A stretch of 64,000 nt of DNA from an uncultured bacterium (GCA_963727525.1 CAVSGO010000003.1:352001-416000); one strand, 5' to 3'; positions 52,439 to 62,588 are shown, counted from the first letter of the stretch. The notes: generated from the letters alone by a model not told the origin. Program-made: numbers and translations.

Positions 52439-53647
52439 TTGACATTTGACGCTTTCGGTTTCGATTCCCGCCTCGCTAAAGGTATCGCTGCCTCCCGTTA
52501 CATCGAACCCACGCCGATCCAGCGGGCCGCCATCCCGGAGATTCTCGCCGGACGCGATGTCGTGGGCGTGGCTCACACGGGTACCGGCAAGACCGCGGCC
52601 TTCATGCTGCCGAGCATGCAACGCCTGCTGGGCGGCAAGGTCGGCTCCCCGCGCGTCCTGGTGCTGGCCCCCACACGGGAGCTGGCCGAGCAGACGGCTC
52701 GCGTCGGCCAGGACCTGGGACGCCACTCCGGGCTGAAGACACTCGCCGTGTATGGTGGCGTGAACAAGCGGCCCCAGGCCGAGCGGATCGCCCGGGGCGT
52801 GGACATTCTGGTGGCCTGCCCCGGCAGACTGCTCGACCTGTATGACGACGGTGACCTGGATTTCTCGCGCGTCGAGGTGCTCGTGCTGGACGAGGCGGAC
52901 CGCCTGTTCGACCTGGGCTTTTGGCCTGACGTGCGGGCGATCCTGGCGCTGCTGCCGGACCGCCGCCAGAACCTGTTCTTCTCGGCCACGATGCCGCGCT
53001 CGGTGCGTAGCCTCGTCGATGGTGTGCTGCACGAGCCGGTGACGATCGCCATAGGCGAGTCGGCGCCGGCACCCACGGTGAGCCAGGTGCTCTACCCGGT
53101 GCCGGAAATGCTCAAGGGATCGTTGCTCGCGGCCCTGCTCGACCAGGCGCGCCACGCGCGCACCCTGGTGTTCGCGCGGACCAAGCACCGCGCCCGCGGC
53201 CTCGCAAATGCCCTTGCGCGGCAGGGGCACCGCGTGGCCGCGCTCGAGGGCAACATGGCGCAGAGTAAGCGTCAAGCCGCCGTCGATGGATTTCGCGACG
53301 GCGTCTACGACGTGCTCGTGGCCACCGACGTCGCCGCGCGCGGGATCGATGTGAAGGGGATCGCCCGGGTCGTCAACTACGACATGCCGGACAGCTTCGA
53401 CGCCTACACCCACCGCGTCGGTCGCACGGGTCGTGCACACGCCACGGGCGAGGCCGTCAATCTCGTCTCGGTCATGGACACGCCGCTGGTGCGCGAGATC
53501 CAGCAGAACCTCGGCGCACCGCTCGAGCAACGCGCCGTGGCCGGATTCGACTACGGCGACTACCGGCCGCACCTCTACATCTTGCCGCCCCGGACCCAGT
53601 CCGCCACGCCCCACGGGCTGGGCCGCCGCCGTCCTCTATTCAGCTAG
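52439..53647 (+). CDS. DEAD-box RNA helicase (RhlE-like)
   Basis: PTPIQ, AHTGTGKT, PTRELA, DEAD, SAT, ARGID, HRVGRTGR; AAGGAG before TTG. Confidence 0.96.
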   Translation: MTFDAFGFDSRLAKGIAASRYIEPTPIQRAAIPEILAGRDVVGVAHTGTGKTAAFMLPSMQRLLGGKVGSPRVLVLAPTRELAEQTARVGQDLGRHSGLKTLAVYGGVNKRPQAERIARGVDILVACPGRLLDLYDDGDLDFSRVEVLVLDEADRLFDLGFWPDVRAILALLPDRRQNLFFSATMPRSVRSLVDGVLHEPVTIAIGESAPAPTVSQVLYPVPEMLKGSLLAALLDQARHARTLVFARTKHRARGLANALARQGHRVAALEGNMAQSKRQAAVDGFRDGVYDVLVATDVAARGIDVKGIARVVNYDMPDSFDAYTHRVGRTGRAHATGEAVNLVSVMDTPLVREIQQNLGAPLEQRAVAGFDYGDYRPHLYILPPRTQSATPHGLGRRRPLFS

Positions 53648-53693
53648 ACGTGGGCCGGATCCCGGATCCCGGGACCCAGCCGAGGAGAGAACC

Positions 53694-53891
53694 ATGGCTC
53701 GTAACACGTTCAATTACGAGAAGCGACAGAAGGAACTCGCCAAGAAGAAGAAGCAGGAGGCGAAGCGCGCCCGTCGCGTCGAGCGCACCGAGAGTGGTGC
53801 CGAGGGCGGACCACCGATCGCCTCCTCCGTCAATGAGTTCGGCGAGGTGCTGGACGATGGGAGCAAGAACGCAAGCGCTTCCGACGACTAG
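53694..53891 (+). CDS. Small basic protein (65 aa)
   Basis: GAGGAG RBS; MARNTFNYEKRQKELAKKKKQEAKRARR. Confidence 0.75.
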   Translation: MARNTFNYEKRQKELAKKKKQEAKRARRVERTESGAEGGPPIASSVNEFGEVLDDGSKNASASDD

Positions 53892-54031
53892 CCGATCCGC
53901 GCGAGAAAGCCGACGATTCCTCTCCTGGTGGTCGGCCGGTCGCTCTTCAATGGCCGCCTTGTCCCGCCCCGATCGTCCTGATAAGTTTGGTGTGATCGGT
54001 CACGTTCGATGCACCAGCAAGGCAGGTCGGC

Positions 54032-55258
54032 ATGGCTCCCTTCGATCCCGAGCGCGCTCTCGTCGATATCCGTCGTGAATTCGGTGAGCATGGCGGTGTG
54101 ACGCCGTCGGTGGAGCGGTCGTCCACGTTCACCGTGATGGAGTCGGGCACCATGCCCGAGATCTTCGGCGGTCTGCGCGGTCCCGAGGACGGCAGTGGCT
54201 GCTACCTGTACAGCCGCCACTTCAATCCCACCGTGGACGTGCTGGCGCGCTCGCTGGCGGCCATGGAGGGCACGGAGTGGGCCATCGGCACGGCGAGCGG
54301 CATCGCCGCCATCGCCTGCACGCTGCTGCAGATCTGCCACCAGGGCTCGCACATCGTCGCCAGTCATACCGTGTACGGCGGCACGCATGCCCTGCTGGAG
54401 CAAACGCTGCCGCAGATGGGGATCACCACCACCTTCGTCGACCCGGCCGACACCGCGGCGTTCGCGGCGGCGATCCGGCCCGAGACCCGGTTGTTCTACA
54501 CCGAGGTGATGGGCAATCCGACATTGAACGTGGCCGACATCCCGGCGCTCGCGAAGCTCGCGCACGCGCATGATATCAAGCTGGTCGTGGACAACACGTT
54601 CACGCCGCTGATCGTCAGCCCCGCGCAGCTCGGCGCCGACGTCGTGGTACACTCCATGACCAAGTTCATCAACGGCGCCAGCGACTGCATCGCCGGGGCC
54701 ATCTGCTCCACGCACGATTTCATCTACGAGCTGATGGACCTGCACACCGGCCGCGTCATGCTGCTCGGGCCCACCATGGACGCGCGCACCGCCTTCGACA
54801 TCTTTCAGCGACTGCCCCACCTGCCCTTGCGCATCCGGGAGCACGGCCATCGCGCGCTCGCCCTCGCCGAGCATCTCGAGGCCATTGGCGCCCCTGTCAG
54901 CTATCCCGGCCTACACAGCCACCCCGGCCATGAGCGTCTGCGCGCGATGATGAACGCCGGCTTCGGCTTCGGCGGCTTGCTCACCCTCGACGCCGGCACG
55001 AGCGAACGCGCCGACCAGCTCATGAACACGCTCCAGAACGACGAGCACTTCGGCCTCATCGCCGTCTCTCTGGGCTACTTCGACACGCTGATGTCGTGTT
55101 CGGGCTCGTCCACGAGTTCAGAGATCGACGAGAACGAGCAGAAGCTGATGGGTCTCAGCCCCGGCCTCCTGCGCGTCTCGGTGGGTCTGACCGGCCGCCT
55201 GGAGGACCGCCTCGACCAGGTGGAACGCGCGGTGCGCAAGGTGGGGCTGCTGGGCTGA
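54032..55258 (+). CDS. Cys/Met metabolism PLP enzyme, methionine gamma-lyase-like
   Basis: YLYSRHFNPT, ASGIAAI, VYGGT, VVDNTF, HSMTKFING (PLP Lys), AVSLG. Confidence 0.88.
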   Translation: MAPFDPERALVDIRREFGEHGGVTPSVERSSTFTVMESGTMPEIFGGLRGPEDGSGCYLYSRHFNPTVDVLARSLAAMEGTEWAIGTASGIAAIACTLLQICHQGSHIVASHTVYGGTHALLEQTLPQMGITTTFVDPADTAAFAAAIRPETRLFYTEVMGNPTLNVADIPALAKLAHAHDIKLVVDNTFTPLIVSPAQLGADVVVHSMTKFINGASDCIAGAICSTHDFIYELMDLHTGRVMLLGPTMDARTAFDIFQRLPHLPLRIREHGHRALALAEHLEAIGAPVSYPGLHSHPGHERLRAMMNAGFGFGGLLTLDAGTSERADQLMNTLQNDEHFGLIAVSLGYFDTLMSCSGSSTSSEIDENEQKLMGLSPGLLRVSVGLTGRLEDRLDQVERAVRKVGLLG

Positions 55259-55293
55259 GCGAGACACGCCGCAAGCGGGCCATCGCGTCAGCA

Positions 55294-58089
55294 CTAACGT
55301 GCCGTATCACCCATCAGTACGAGCATGCTGCGGATGTAGTCGCTGCCCACCCAGGTGTGCGGCATGTCGCCGATGAAGTGGGCCGTCTTCGGGTTGTGCC
55401 AGACGACCTCGGGCCACTGGCGCCAGCCGGCGGGTGTGCGATGGGCGAGGAAGAACGTGAGCAGCTCGCGGGCGCGCGCGTCCCAGCCGAGTTCTTCGAA
55501 AGCGCCGATGGTGCGGATCTCGTAAGGGGTGAACGCGTCCCAGGGGGCGCCGTCGCGGCGGGCGGTGAAGAAGTCCCAGTATTTCTCGAACGTGGCGTCG
55601 AGGGCGCCGGGGGGCAGGATGGTGCGGGCGTCGACGGGGTCGAGGGCGATGGTCGTGGAGGTGGCGTCGAAGTCGCCGAGGTCGGCGCAGCCGGGGATGT
55701 AGGTGATGGCGTGCGCCTTCATGGCGGCGGCGATCGAGGCGCCGAGGTCGGCGGCGAAGCGGTCGCGTAGGCCGCAGAGGCGCGTCTGCTGCGCGGTGTC
55801 GCCCATGGCCGCGGCCAGGTCCACCGCGTCCTTGTAGCCGCGCAGGGTCCAGAAGTCGTCCCAGTAGGAGTGCATGGGTTTGGCCGAGTAGCCCTCGTGA
55901 CTGATGCTCGGCGGCAAGATGCCGAAGTACTCGGTGCCGGAGAACTCGGTGGTGCGGCGCTCGGCGAGCAAGCTCTCGAGGTAGGTGATCCCGTTCAGGA
56001 CGCGCGGCCACATCGCCGCGAGCGCCTCGCGGTCGCCAGTCTGACGGTAATACTCGGCCACGAGGAAGATGAACTCGCCGGTGGAATCGTGCTCGGGTAC
56101 GGGGTCGGCGCCGCGCTGGTCGACCACGCAGGGGATCTTGCCGCTCTCGTACTGGTGGGGTGCGAACCAGAGCAGGAAGTCGCGCACGGCGTCGGCGTGA
56201 CCAAGGCGCAGGAGGGCCTCGCTGGTGAGGGCGCCGTCGCGGATCCAGCTCCGCGCGTAGGCACGTGCGCCGGGCTGGATGGCGGGGCCGGCGCGGTTCA
56301 CGAGGATGAAGCCAAGCTGGGCCTTGAGCGTGAGGAGTGCGTCCCGCATGTCGTCGGGAACCTCGAGGGTGACGCGGTTGAGCTTGGCGGTCCAGGCGGC
56401 GATGGCGTTCTGCGTCGCGGCCTCGGGATCGATCGTCGCGCGGGGGGATGCTTCGTGCAGGGGGATCGTAAGTGCCACCTCGACCGGGGCGCCGGGGGCG
56501 ACCGTGCGGTCGAAGCGCAGGGCGGCGGAGGCTGCGGACTCGGGATCGACTACCTGCGAGGCCGTGGGCAATGTCCCGCCATTCAGGTAATCGGCCACAA
56601 CGTCGCCGCCGGCGAACGTCGTGGCCCCGAACGCATCGGGCGCGGTGAGGCAGACGACCTTCGGCTGCTCGTTCACGACGATGGTGGTGCCCTCGCGCGC
56701 GATCGACGTCACCGGCGCCGTGCCGCCCTTGATGTTCAGGAACTGCGATGGCGGGTTCACCTGGAAGGGGCGCAGTGCCAGCAGGAGCGACGCCGTCGCC
56801 GTCGCGCCACCGGTGTTTTCCAGCCGATAGCGGGCGAGGATCGACGACTTCTCCGATTCGCCGATACCCAGGGCCGTGATCGTGAGGCGCCAGCCGTCGC
56901 AATCCCAGGCGACACTGGGGATCGGCAGGTAGCTCTCGGCGAGCGACGGCGTGGCGGTGACGTCGTTCCAGGTGACGAGGTGGTCGTCGGTCCACAGGAA
57001 GGGTTCGATGCTGAAGCCGCCGGGGCCCGATTCGATGGCTCCGTCGGTGTCGATCAAGCCCTCGCGGGTGTCGAAGTCGGCGCCGACGACGGTCCAGGCG
57101 ATGGGTTCGTCGAGGAAGGCGCGCGGATAGAGGCCGCGCGGTGCGTCGTGGGCGATGGCGCCGACGAAGGCCTCGCGCGTGGCCGACCAGTCCACGGGTT
57201 TGATGGCGATCTCGGCGATGGCGCAGGTCTGGCCGCCGGCGCAGCCGAGCATGCGCAGGCGCAGGCGACGCGACTGCGACTCCGGAAGTGCCAGGTAGTC
57301 GCGCCCGCCGTTGCTCGCGTGTACCGTCTTCAGCTCGCGCCAGGGCTCGTCGGCGTCCTGCGCTTCGATCGCGTAATCCACGGCGTACCGGGCCGGCACC
57401 CAGTCGAGCACCAGACCGCCGTACTCGCGTAGTCCCTGGAAGTCGAGCGTGAGTGTGGGGGGGGCATCGCCGGGGTTGGCCGCCCAGAACGTGGCGGCGT
57501 CGTTGTCGAGCACGAGCGACGCGCCATGCCCCGGCGCGGCGGACGTGGCGCTGGCCTTCGGCTCGGGTGGCGGACCCGGGTGAGGCTCCAGCGGTACTAT
57601 TTGAAGGTCGTCGATCCACACCGTGCCCTCGCCGCCGCTGCCGGCGGTGATGGCGAACTCGATGGCGGCCACGTGGTGCAACTCGCCGCCGCCGCGGGGG
57701 CCCCAGGCGAACGCGATCTGGCGCTTCTTCGCGCGGAAGGTGCGCCAGTCGTGCGGCCACACCACGTCGTGCCACACGTGCCACCACACGTTCTCGCCGG
57801 TGTCGTCGATGAGCTTGAACTCGAGGTGCTCGGTGGGAGCTGCGCCGCGCACACGGAAGGTGAATGTGTAGTCGTCGGGCAGGTCGAGGTCGACCTCGCG
57901 CCGCGCGATGGCGTAGCCGCCGCCGGTGAAGCGGAAGTCCAGGCGCAGGGCGCCGGCATCGTCGGCGAGCTGCAGGGCCACGCCGTCGGCAGGGTGCGGC
58001 GCCCAGGCAGCGGGGTCGTCGATCGCGATCGGGCGCGTGCGGGCACATCCGGTCAGCAAGACCAGGATGGCGCACAGGAGACGTGTCAT
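55294..58089 (-). CDS. Discoidin (F5/8C, CBM32-like) domain protein with C-terminal six-hairpin glycosidase-like domain, probable lipoprotein
   Basis: LLTGC lipobox; VLDNDAATFW..LTLDF; YARSWIRDGA, PEHDSTGE, SISHEGY..HSYWDDFW, GDMPHTW. Confidence 0.8.
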   Translation of the reverse strand: MTRLLCAILVLLTGCARTRPIAIDDPAAWAPHPADGVALQLADDAGALRLDFRFTGGGYAIARREVDLDLPDDYTFTFRVRGAAPTEHLEFKLIDDTGENVWWHVWHDVVWPHDWRTFRAKKRQIAFAWGPRGGGELHHVAAIEFAITAGSGGEGTVWIDDLQIVPLEPHPGPPPEPKASATSAAPGHGASLVLDNDAATFWAANPGDAPPTLTLDFQGLREYGGLVLDWVPARYAVDYAIEAQDADEPWRELKTVHASNGGRDYLALPESQSRRLRLRMLGCAGGQTCAIAEIAIKPVDWSATREAFVGAIAHDAPRGLYPRAFLDEPIAWTVVGADFDTREGLIDTDGAIESGPGGFSIEPFLWTDDHLVTWNDVTATPSLAESYLPIPSVAWDCDGWRLTITALGIGESEKSSILARYRLENTGGATATASLLLALRPFQVNPPSQFLNIKGGTAPVTSIAREGTTIVVNEQPKVVCLTAPDAFGATTFAGGDVVADYLNGGTLPTASQVVDPESAASAALRFDRTVAPGAPVEVALTIPLHEASPRATIDPEAATQNAIAAWTAKLNRVTLEVPDDMRDALLTLKAQLGFILVNRAGPAIQPGARAYARSWIRDGALTSEALLRLGHADAVRDFLLWFAPHQYESGKIPCVVDQRGADPVPEHDSTGEFIFLVAEYYRQTGDREALAAMWPRVLNGITYLESLLAERRTTEFSGTEYFGILPPSISHEGYSAKPMHSYWDDFWTLRGYKDAVDLAAAMGDTAQQTRLCGLRDRFAADLGASIAAAMKAHAITYIPGCADLGDFDATSTTIALDPVDARTILPPGALDATFEKYWDFFTARRDGAPWDAFTPYEIRTIGAFEELGWDARARELLTFFLAHRTPAGWRQWPEVVWHNPKTAHFIGDMPHTWVGSDYIRSMLVLMGDTAR

Positions 58090-58916
58090 CCCTTCACTCC
58101 TCCCGCCATGATGCCCTTCACGTATGTGCGCTGGAATATCAGGAACACCACCAGCGCCGGCAGCATGGTCACGAGCGAACCGGCCATCATCAGCTCCGTG
58201 TCCTGCACGTGCTCGCCCGAGAGGTTGGCCAGGGCCACGGGCAGGGTGTACAGGCTGCTGTCGGAAAGCACGATAAGGGGCCACATGAAGTCGTTCCACG
58301 CGCTCAGGAAGGTGAACGCGGCCAGCGTCACCAGGATCGGCTTGATGATGGGCAGCGCCACGAGACGGAACACCATGAACTCGCCGGCGCCGTCGATGCG
58401 CGCGGCGTCGAGCAGCTCGTCGGGCAGGCTGAGCGCGTACTGCCGGATCAGGAAGATGCCGAAGATGCTCGCGATGTACGGGATGAGCACGCCGGCGTAC
58501 GTGTTCACGAGATGCAGCTCGCGCAGCAACAGGAACAGGGGCAGCATGGCCACCTGCGCCGGCACCACGAGCATGGCTGCCAGGCTACGGAAGAGGTGCT
58601 CGCGCCCCGCGAACGGCAGCTTGGCGAAGGCGTAGCCGGCCAGCGACGTCACCAGCACCGACAGCACCGTGGCCAGGACCGTGATGATGGCGCTGTTGAG
58701 CACGTTGCGCCACATGTTCAGGTTGGTGAACAGCGCCGCGTAGTTGGCCAGCGTGGGATGCGCGGGCAGCAGCGGCGGCGGTAGCGAGTTGGCTTCGCCT
58801 GGTACCATGAACGACGCCGCGGCCATCCATACGAGCGGCATCAGCGTGGCGAGGGCGCCCACCATCAGCGCGACGTGCAGCAGCACCACGCGAGGTTTCA
58901 TGATTCCCGGCTTCAT
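58086..58916 (-). CDS. Carbohydrate ABC transporter permease
   Basis: LAGYAFAK, ELLDAARIDGA (EAA motif), WNDFMWPL. Confidence 0.95.
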   Translation of the reverse strand: MKPGIMKPRVVLLHVALMVGALATLMPLVWMAAASFMVPGEANSLPPPLLPAHPTLANYAALFTNLNMWRNVLNSAIITVLATVLSVLVTSLAGYAFAKLPFAGREHLFRSLAAMLVVPAQVAMLPLFLLLRELHLVNTYAGVLIPYIASIFGIFLIRQYALSLPDELLDAARIDGAGEFMVFRLVALPIIKPILVTLAAFTFLSAWNDFMWPLIVLSDSSLYTLPVALANLSGEHVQDTELMMAGSLVTMLPALVVFLIFQRTYVKGIMAGGVKG

Positions 58917-59818
58917 GTCTCCCTCCGCGTGAACCGGAGCTGCACGAGCGTGCCGACCAGCGTGATCAGCAACAGCAGCACGGCGATGGTGGAGGCCAGG
59001 CCCATGCGCCACCAGCGGAAGCCCTCCTCGTACATGTAGAGTACCACGCTGCGCGTGGCACCGAGGGGGCCGCCCTGCGTCATCACGTAGGGCTCGGCGA
59101 AGAGCTGGAAGAACCCGATCATCGTGGTCACGCCCACGAAGAGAAAGGTGGGGGCCAGGCCCGGCAGCGTGATGTGCCGGAAACGACGCACGGCACCGGC
59201 ACCGTCGATGGCGGCGGCTTCGTACAGCTCCTCGGGGATCACCGCCAGGCCGGCGATGAAGATGAGCATGTTGTATCCGAAGTTCTTCCACACGGCGAGC
59301 AGGATGATCGCCGGCATCGCCCAGTGTGGATCGCCGAGCCAGTCGATGGGCCCGATGCCCACGTGGGCGAGCACGAAGTTCAACAGGCCGTAACGTGGGT
59401 GGTAGAGATAGCGCCACACCAGAGCCACCGACACGAGGGTGGTGACCACCGGCGCGAAGTATATGGTGCGAAACACGCCGCGTAGCCGCACGCCCTTCTG
59501 GGTGAGCAGCAGCGCGGCGCTCAGTGACACGGAGACCGACAGCGGCCCGCCCACCAGCACGAAGAACAGGGTGTTGCGCACGGCCTGCCAGAAGGTGGCG
59601 TCGTGCAGGATGGCGGCGAAGTTCCGCAGGCCTACGAAGCGCGCCGTCGAGAGATCGGCGATGGCGTACAGGTCGAAGTCGGTGAGGCTGAGCAGCAGGC
59701 CGGCGATCACCGGCAAGACGAAGAACAGGGTGATGAGCACGAGCGCCGGGCTCAGGAAGATCCAAGCGGCGCGGGCCTTGGCGCGCTCCATGCCCGTGCC
59801 GCGGCCGGTGGCGCTCAT
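58913..59818 (-). CDS. Carbohydrate ABC transporter permease
   Basis: FVGLRNF, WKNFGYNM, ELYEAAAIDGA, HITLP, MTQGGP. Confidence 0.95.
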   Translation of the reverse strand: MSATGRGTGMERAKARAAWIFLSPALVLITLFFVLPVIAGLLLSLTDFDLYAIADLSTARFVGLRNFAAILHDATFWQAVRNTLFFVLVGGPLSVSVSLSAALLLTQKGVRLRGVFRTIYFAPVVTTLVSVALVWRYLYHPRYGLLNFVLAHVGIGPIDWLGDPHWAMPAIILLAVWKNFGYNMLIFIAGLAVIPEELYEAAAIDGAGAVRRFRHITLPGLAPTFLFVGVTTMIGFFQLFAEPYVMTQGGPLGATRSVVLYMYEEGFRWWRMGLASTIAVLLLLITLVGTLVQLRFTRRET

Positions 59819-61116
59819 GGCGTTGCCTCCGGGCCGGTGCGATGGGTGAGCATCCAGCGGCGCTTGGCCAGCACGCGGTCGACGTCGGCGTCGAGCCGGG
59901 CGAGGGCGTCGTCGACGGTGGCGGCGCCACGCACCGCCTCCTCCGCGCGCTGCCAGACCAGGGCGGCGATCTGTTCCCACTCGGGCACCTTCGGCGTGGG
60001 CACCACGTGATGGAGCTGCGTGAAGAAGGTCTGCGCGTTGGGGTCGCCGACGAGCGCGGAGTCCTGCCATGCAGCCTGGTGCGCGGGCAGGTCGCCCGTC
60101 AGCCGGAAGAAGCGGATCTGCTGCTCGGGGCGCGACAGGAATTCCACGAGCTGCCAGGCGGCGTCCTGGTGCTCCGAGCCGCGAAACACCACGAGGCTCG
60201 AGCCGCCTGCGAGCGACACGCCCGGCGCGTGCTGCGCGTCTGGGCCGGGCAGCGGCGCGGTGGCCCAGGCGTCTTGCAGCTCGGGTGGCAGCCGGTGCGC
60301 GAACTCGCCGATATTCCACGGCCCGGTGATGTACATGGCGAAGGTGCCGCGCGCGAACTCCTGGTAGACGTTGGCCACCTCGTTGTTGCTCACCGGCGGC
60401 GCCAGGCCATCGCGGAACACGTTGACGTACCAGGTGAAAGCGCGGGCGAAATCGGGCTGCGTGAAGACGCTGCGCGTGTCGTGGTCGGCGAGCAACGGCG
60501 ACCCGGCCTGAAGACCCAGGATCACCGGCTGCGACCACTCGTTGATGGGCATGAGGATGCCGTACTTGCCGGTGCCACCCTGCTGCGTCACGGCGCTCAT
60601 CGCCGCGCGCCATTGTGCCCAGGTCGTGGGCGGCGTCGTGAAGCCGGCGTGCGCGAGGAGGTCGGTGCGGTAGAAGAGCACGCGGGTGTCGACGTACCAG
60701 GGGATGCCATAGAGCGTGCCGTCGATGACATTGGTGTCCCAGATGCCCGGAAAGTTGTCGGCCTCGCGCACCACCGTCGACGCCGCCACGCGCGCATCCA
60801 GCGGCGCCAGTGCGTCAAGAGCCACGAACTCGCACACCCAGGTGTTGCCGAGCTGGGCGACGTCGGGGATCGCGCGGCCCACGTACGCCGTGAGCAGCTT
60901 CTCGTGCGCGGCCGTCCAGGGGATCTGCTGCACGTCGACGCGGATGTCCGGGTGCGCCGCCTCGAAGTCGCGTACCAGTTCCTGCACCACCTCGCCCTCT
61001 CGGCCCATGGCCCAGAAGCGCAGGGTCGTCACGCGGGACGAGTCGTGACAGGCTGAAACCAGTGTACCGACCAACACAGCGCAGACGACCGCGGCGGCGC
61101 GGACGGCGGGCCTCAC
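59815..61116 (-). CDS. Sugar ABC transporter substrate-binding lipoprotein
   Basis: LVSAC lipobox, FEAAHPDIRV, YGIPWYVDTRVLFYR, AMYITGPW, AGGSSL. Confidence 0.93.
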   Translation of the reverse strand: MRPAVRAAAVVCAVLVGTLVSACHDSSRVTTLRFWAMGREGEVVQELVRDFEAAHPDIRVDVQQIPWTAAHEKLLTAYVGRAIPDVAQLGNTWVCEFVALDALAPLDARVAASTVVREADNFPGIWDTNVIDGTLYGIPWYVDTRVLFYRTDLLAHAGFTTPPTTWAQWRAAMSAVTQQGGTGKYGILMPINEWSQPVILGLQAGSPLLADHDTRSVFTQPDFARAFTWYVNVFRDGLAPPVSNNEVANVYQEFARGTFAMYITGPWNIGEFAHRLPPELQDAWATAPLPGPDAQHAPGVSLAGGSSLVVFRGSEHQDAAWQLVEFLSRPEQQIRFFRLTGDLPAHQAAWQDSALVGDPNAQTFFTQLHHVVPTPKVPEWEQIAALVWQRAEEAVRGAATVDDALARLDADVDRVLAKRRWMLTHRTGPEATP

Positions 61117-62588
61117 GGCGACTCCGGGGCCTGGTCGAGCCAGCCGCCGGTGAAGCCGGCCCGCCGCAGACCACGCACCACGGCGGCATCGCGTCGCATG
61201 ACGCGCCACACCAGTCCGCTGCGCGCGTTCTCGATCATGGCAACGATGGGGCCCTGGTCGATGCCGAGGTAGTCGGTGTCATACCAGCCGTGGCCGGGAA
61301 ACACGTGGCCGTGCTGCACGGGCTCGGCGAGGTCGAAGGTGGGGTTGAGGGCGTCGCGGAAGCCGTACTCACCGAAGAGACGGTTGCCGTGGTCCTCGCG
61401 CATGGCCATCAGGGTGGGCGCCACGAGATCCGGCGCGAAGGGCAGCGAGGCCACGGCCGCTGACGGGCACACGGTGCCATCGTCGTTGATTCCCGTGAAC
61501 GACGCGCCGCGCGCCCAGTAGGTCTGGAACTCGCGCTCCTTGCCGTCGATGGTGAAGGTGCCGCTCACCGGACCATCGCACGCCGTCAGGCCCCAGAGCC
61601 GCGGTCCGTATCCGCGCCAGAGCGAAGGGTTGTGCTGGGCGTAGGCATACTGCGAGAGCACGGCGCGCCGCGAGTTCTCGAAGTAGTCGAGGCCGTGGGC
61701 GCGCATGGGCGCATCCTGGATCCCGCGCAGGTCCACCCATACGTGGGTGTACTGATGTCCGAAGAGGGGCGCGAAGCCGAGCTGTTCCTGCCCCTCGAAG
61801 GAGCCCCACTTGTAGGTGCGGGTCCACGCGTCCCAGGCGCTGGATTCCACGGGGTGGGTGGGCGAGCCCAGAGCGAGGATGTACAGCAGCATGGCCTCGT
61901 TGTAGCCGCCCCAATCGTAGGGCAGAGGGCCATGCTGCGGATCCCAGCCGTGGCCGATGAGCGGCGGGCGCACCGACGCCCACTCCCAGTCGACGCGGAA
62001 ATAGAGCGAGTCGGCCAGGGCGCCGATGCTGTCCTCCGTCGCGCCGCCCTGGTCGAAGTACCCCTTGCAGAAGAGCGCCCCGGCCAGCAGCAGGGCGGTG
62101 TCGACCGTGGACAGTTCCACTGTCTCGAAGCGCGCGCCCGTGGCCGGTTCGAGGAAGTGGTAGAAGAACCCGTGGGCGCCGATCATGCCCGCCGGATCGG
62201 GACCCTGAGGGGCGGTCCAGAGGAAATGCAGGGTTTGCAGGGAGCGCCGGGCGGCCGCCTCGCGGGTGACCCAGCCGTGCTCGCATCCGATCGGATAACT
62301 CGTCAAGGCAAAGCCGGTTGCCGCCACGCTGGCGAAAGAGTGGGTGGGGGCGCGATCGGGCGCCAGGCCCGTTTGGGGGTTGCAGAGGTCCCAGAAATAG
62401 CGGAAAGTCCGGAGTTGCAGGGTATCGATGAAAGCGGTTTCATTGGTTGAAAAAGAAAATCCGGATGCGGCTTCCCTGGCCCGGTCCCGGCAGCCGGACA
62501 CGCCGACCAGCGCGACCGCGCAGAGCGCGATCGACCAGGCCGTGATCACCCGGGTAAGAAGCCGACGATAGCCGATTCGGGGAGCCAT
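61113..62588 (-). CDS. GH144 / glucoamylase-family (beta-1,2-glucanase-like) lipoprotein
   Basis: VSGC lipobox; RTFRYFWD, SVAATGF, ELSTVDTALL, GYNEAM, PLFGHQY, WGLTAC, YGFRDA, YLGIDQGP. Confidence 0.88.
   Translation of the reverse strand: MAPRIGYRRLLTRVITAWSIALCAVALVGVSGCRDRAREAASGFSFSTNETAFIDTLQLRTFRYFWDLCNPQTGLAPDRAPTHSFASVAATGFALTSYPIGCEHGWVTREAAARRSLQTLHFLWTAPQGPDPAGMIGAHGFFYHFLEPATGARFETVELSTVDTALLLAGALFCKGYFDQGGATEDSIGALADSLYFRVDWEWASVRPPLIGHGWDPQHGPLPYDWGGYNEAMLLYILALGSPTHPVESSAWDAWTRTYKWGSFEGQEQLGFAPLFGHQYTHVWVDLRGIQDAPMRAHGLDYFENSRRAVLSQYAYAQHNPSLWRGYGPRLWGLTACDGPVSGTFTIDGKEREFQTYWARGASFTGINDDGTVCPSAAVASLPFAPDLVAPTLMAMREDHGNRLFGEYGFRDALNPTFDLAEPVQHGHVFPGHGWYDTDYLGIDQGPIVAMIENARSGLVWRVMRRDAAVVRGLRRAGFTGGWLDQAPESP

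Noticed and set aside
53892-54031. SAM riboswitch before the Met gamma-lyase-like gene
   Set aside because: Only a partial CTTATC..GGGAC resemblance, on the wrong strand, and the remaining core elements are missing
55307-58075. Long alternative-frame and antisense ORFs (also 33335..35338, 77..940, and 5' extensions such as 23289..25706, 14629.., 43093.., 47351..)
   Set aside because: Arg/Pro/Ala-rich shadow ORFs typical of high-GC DNA that overlap motif-supported genes
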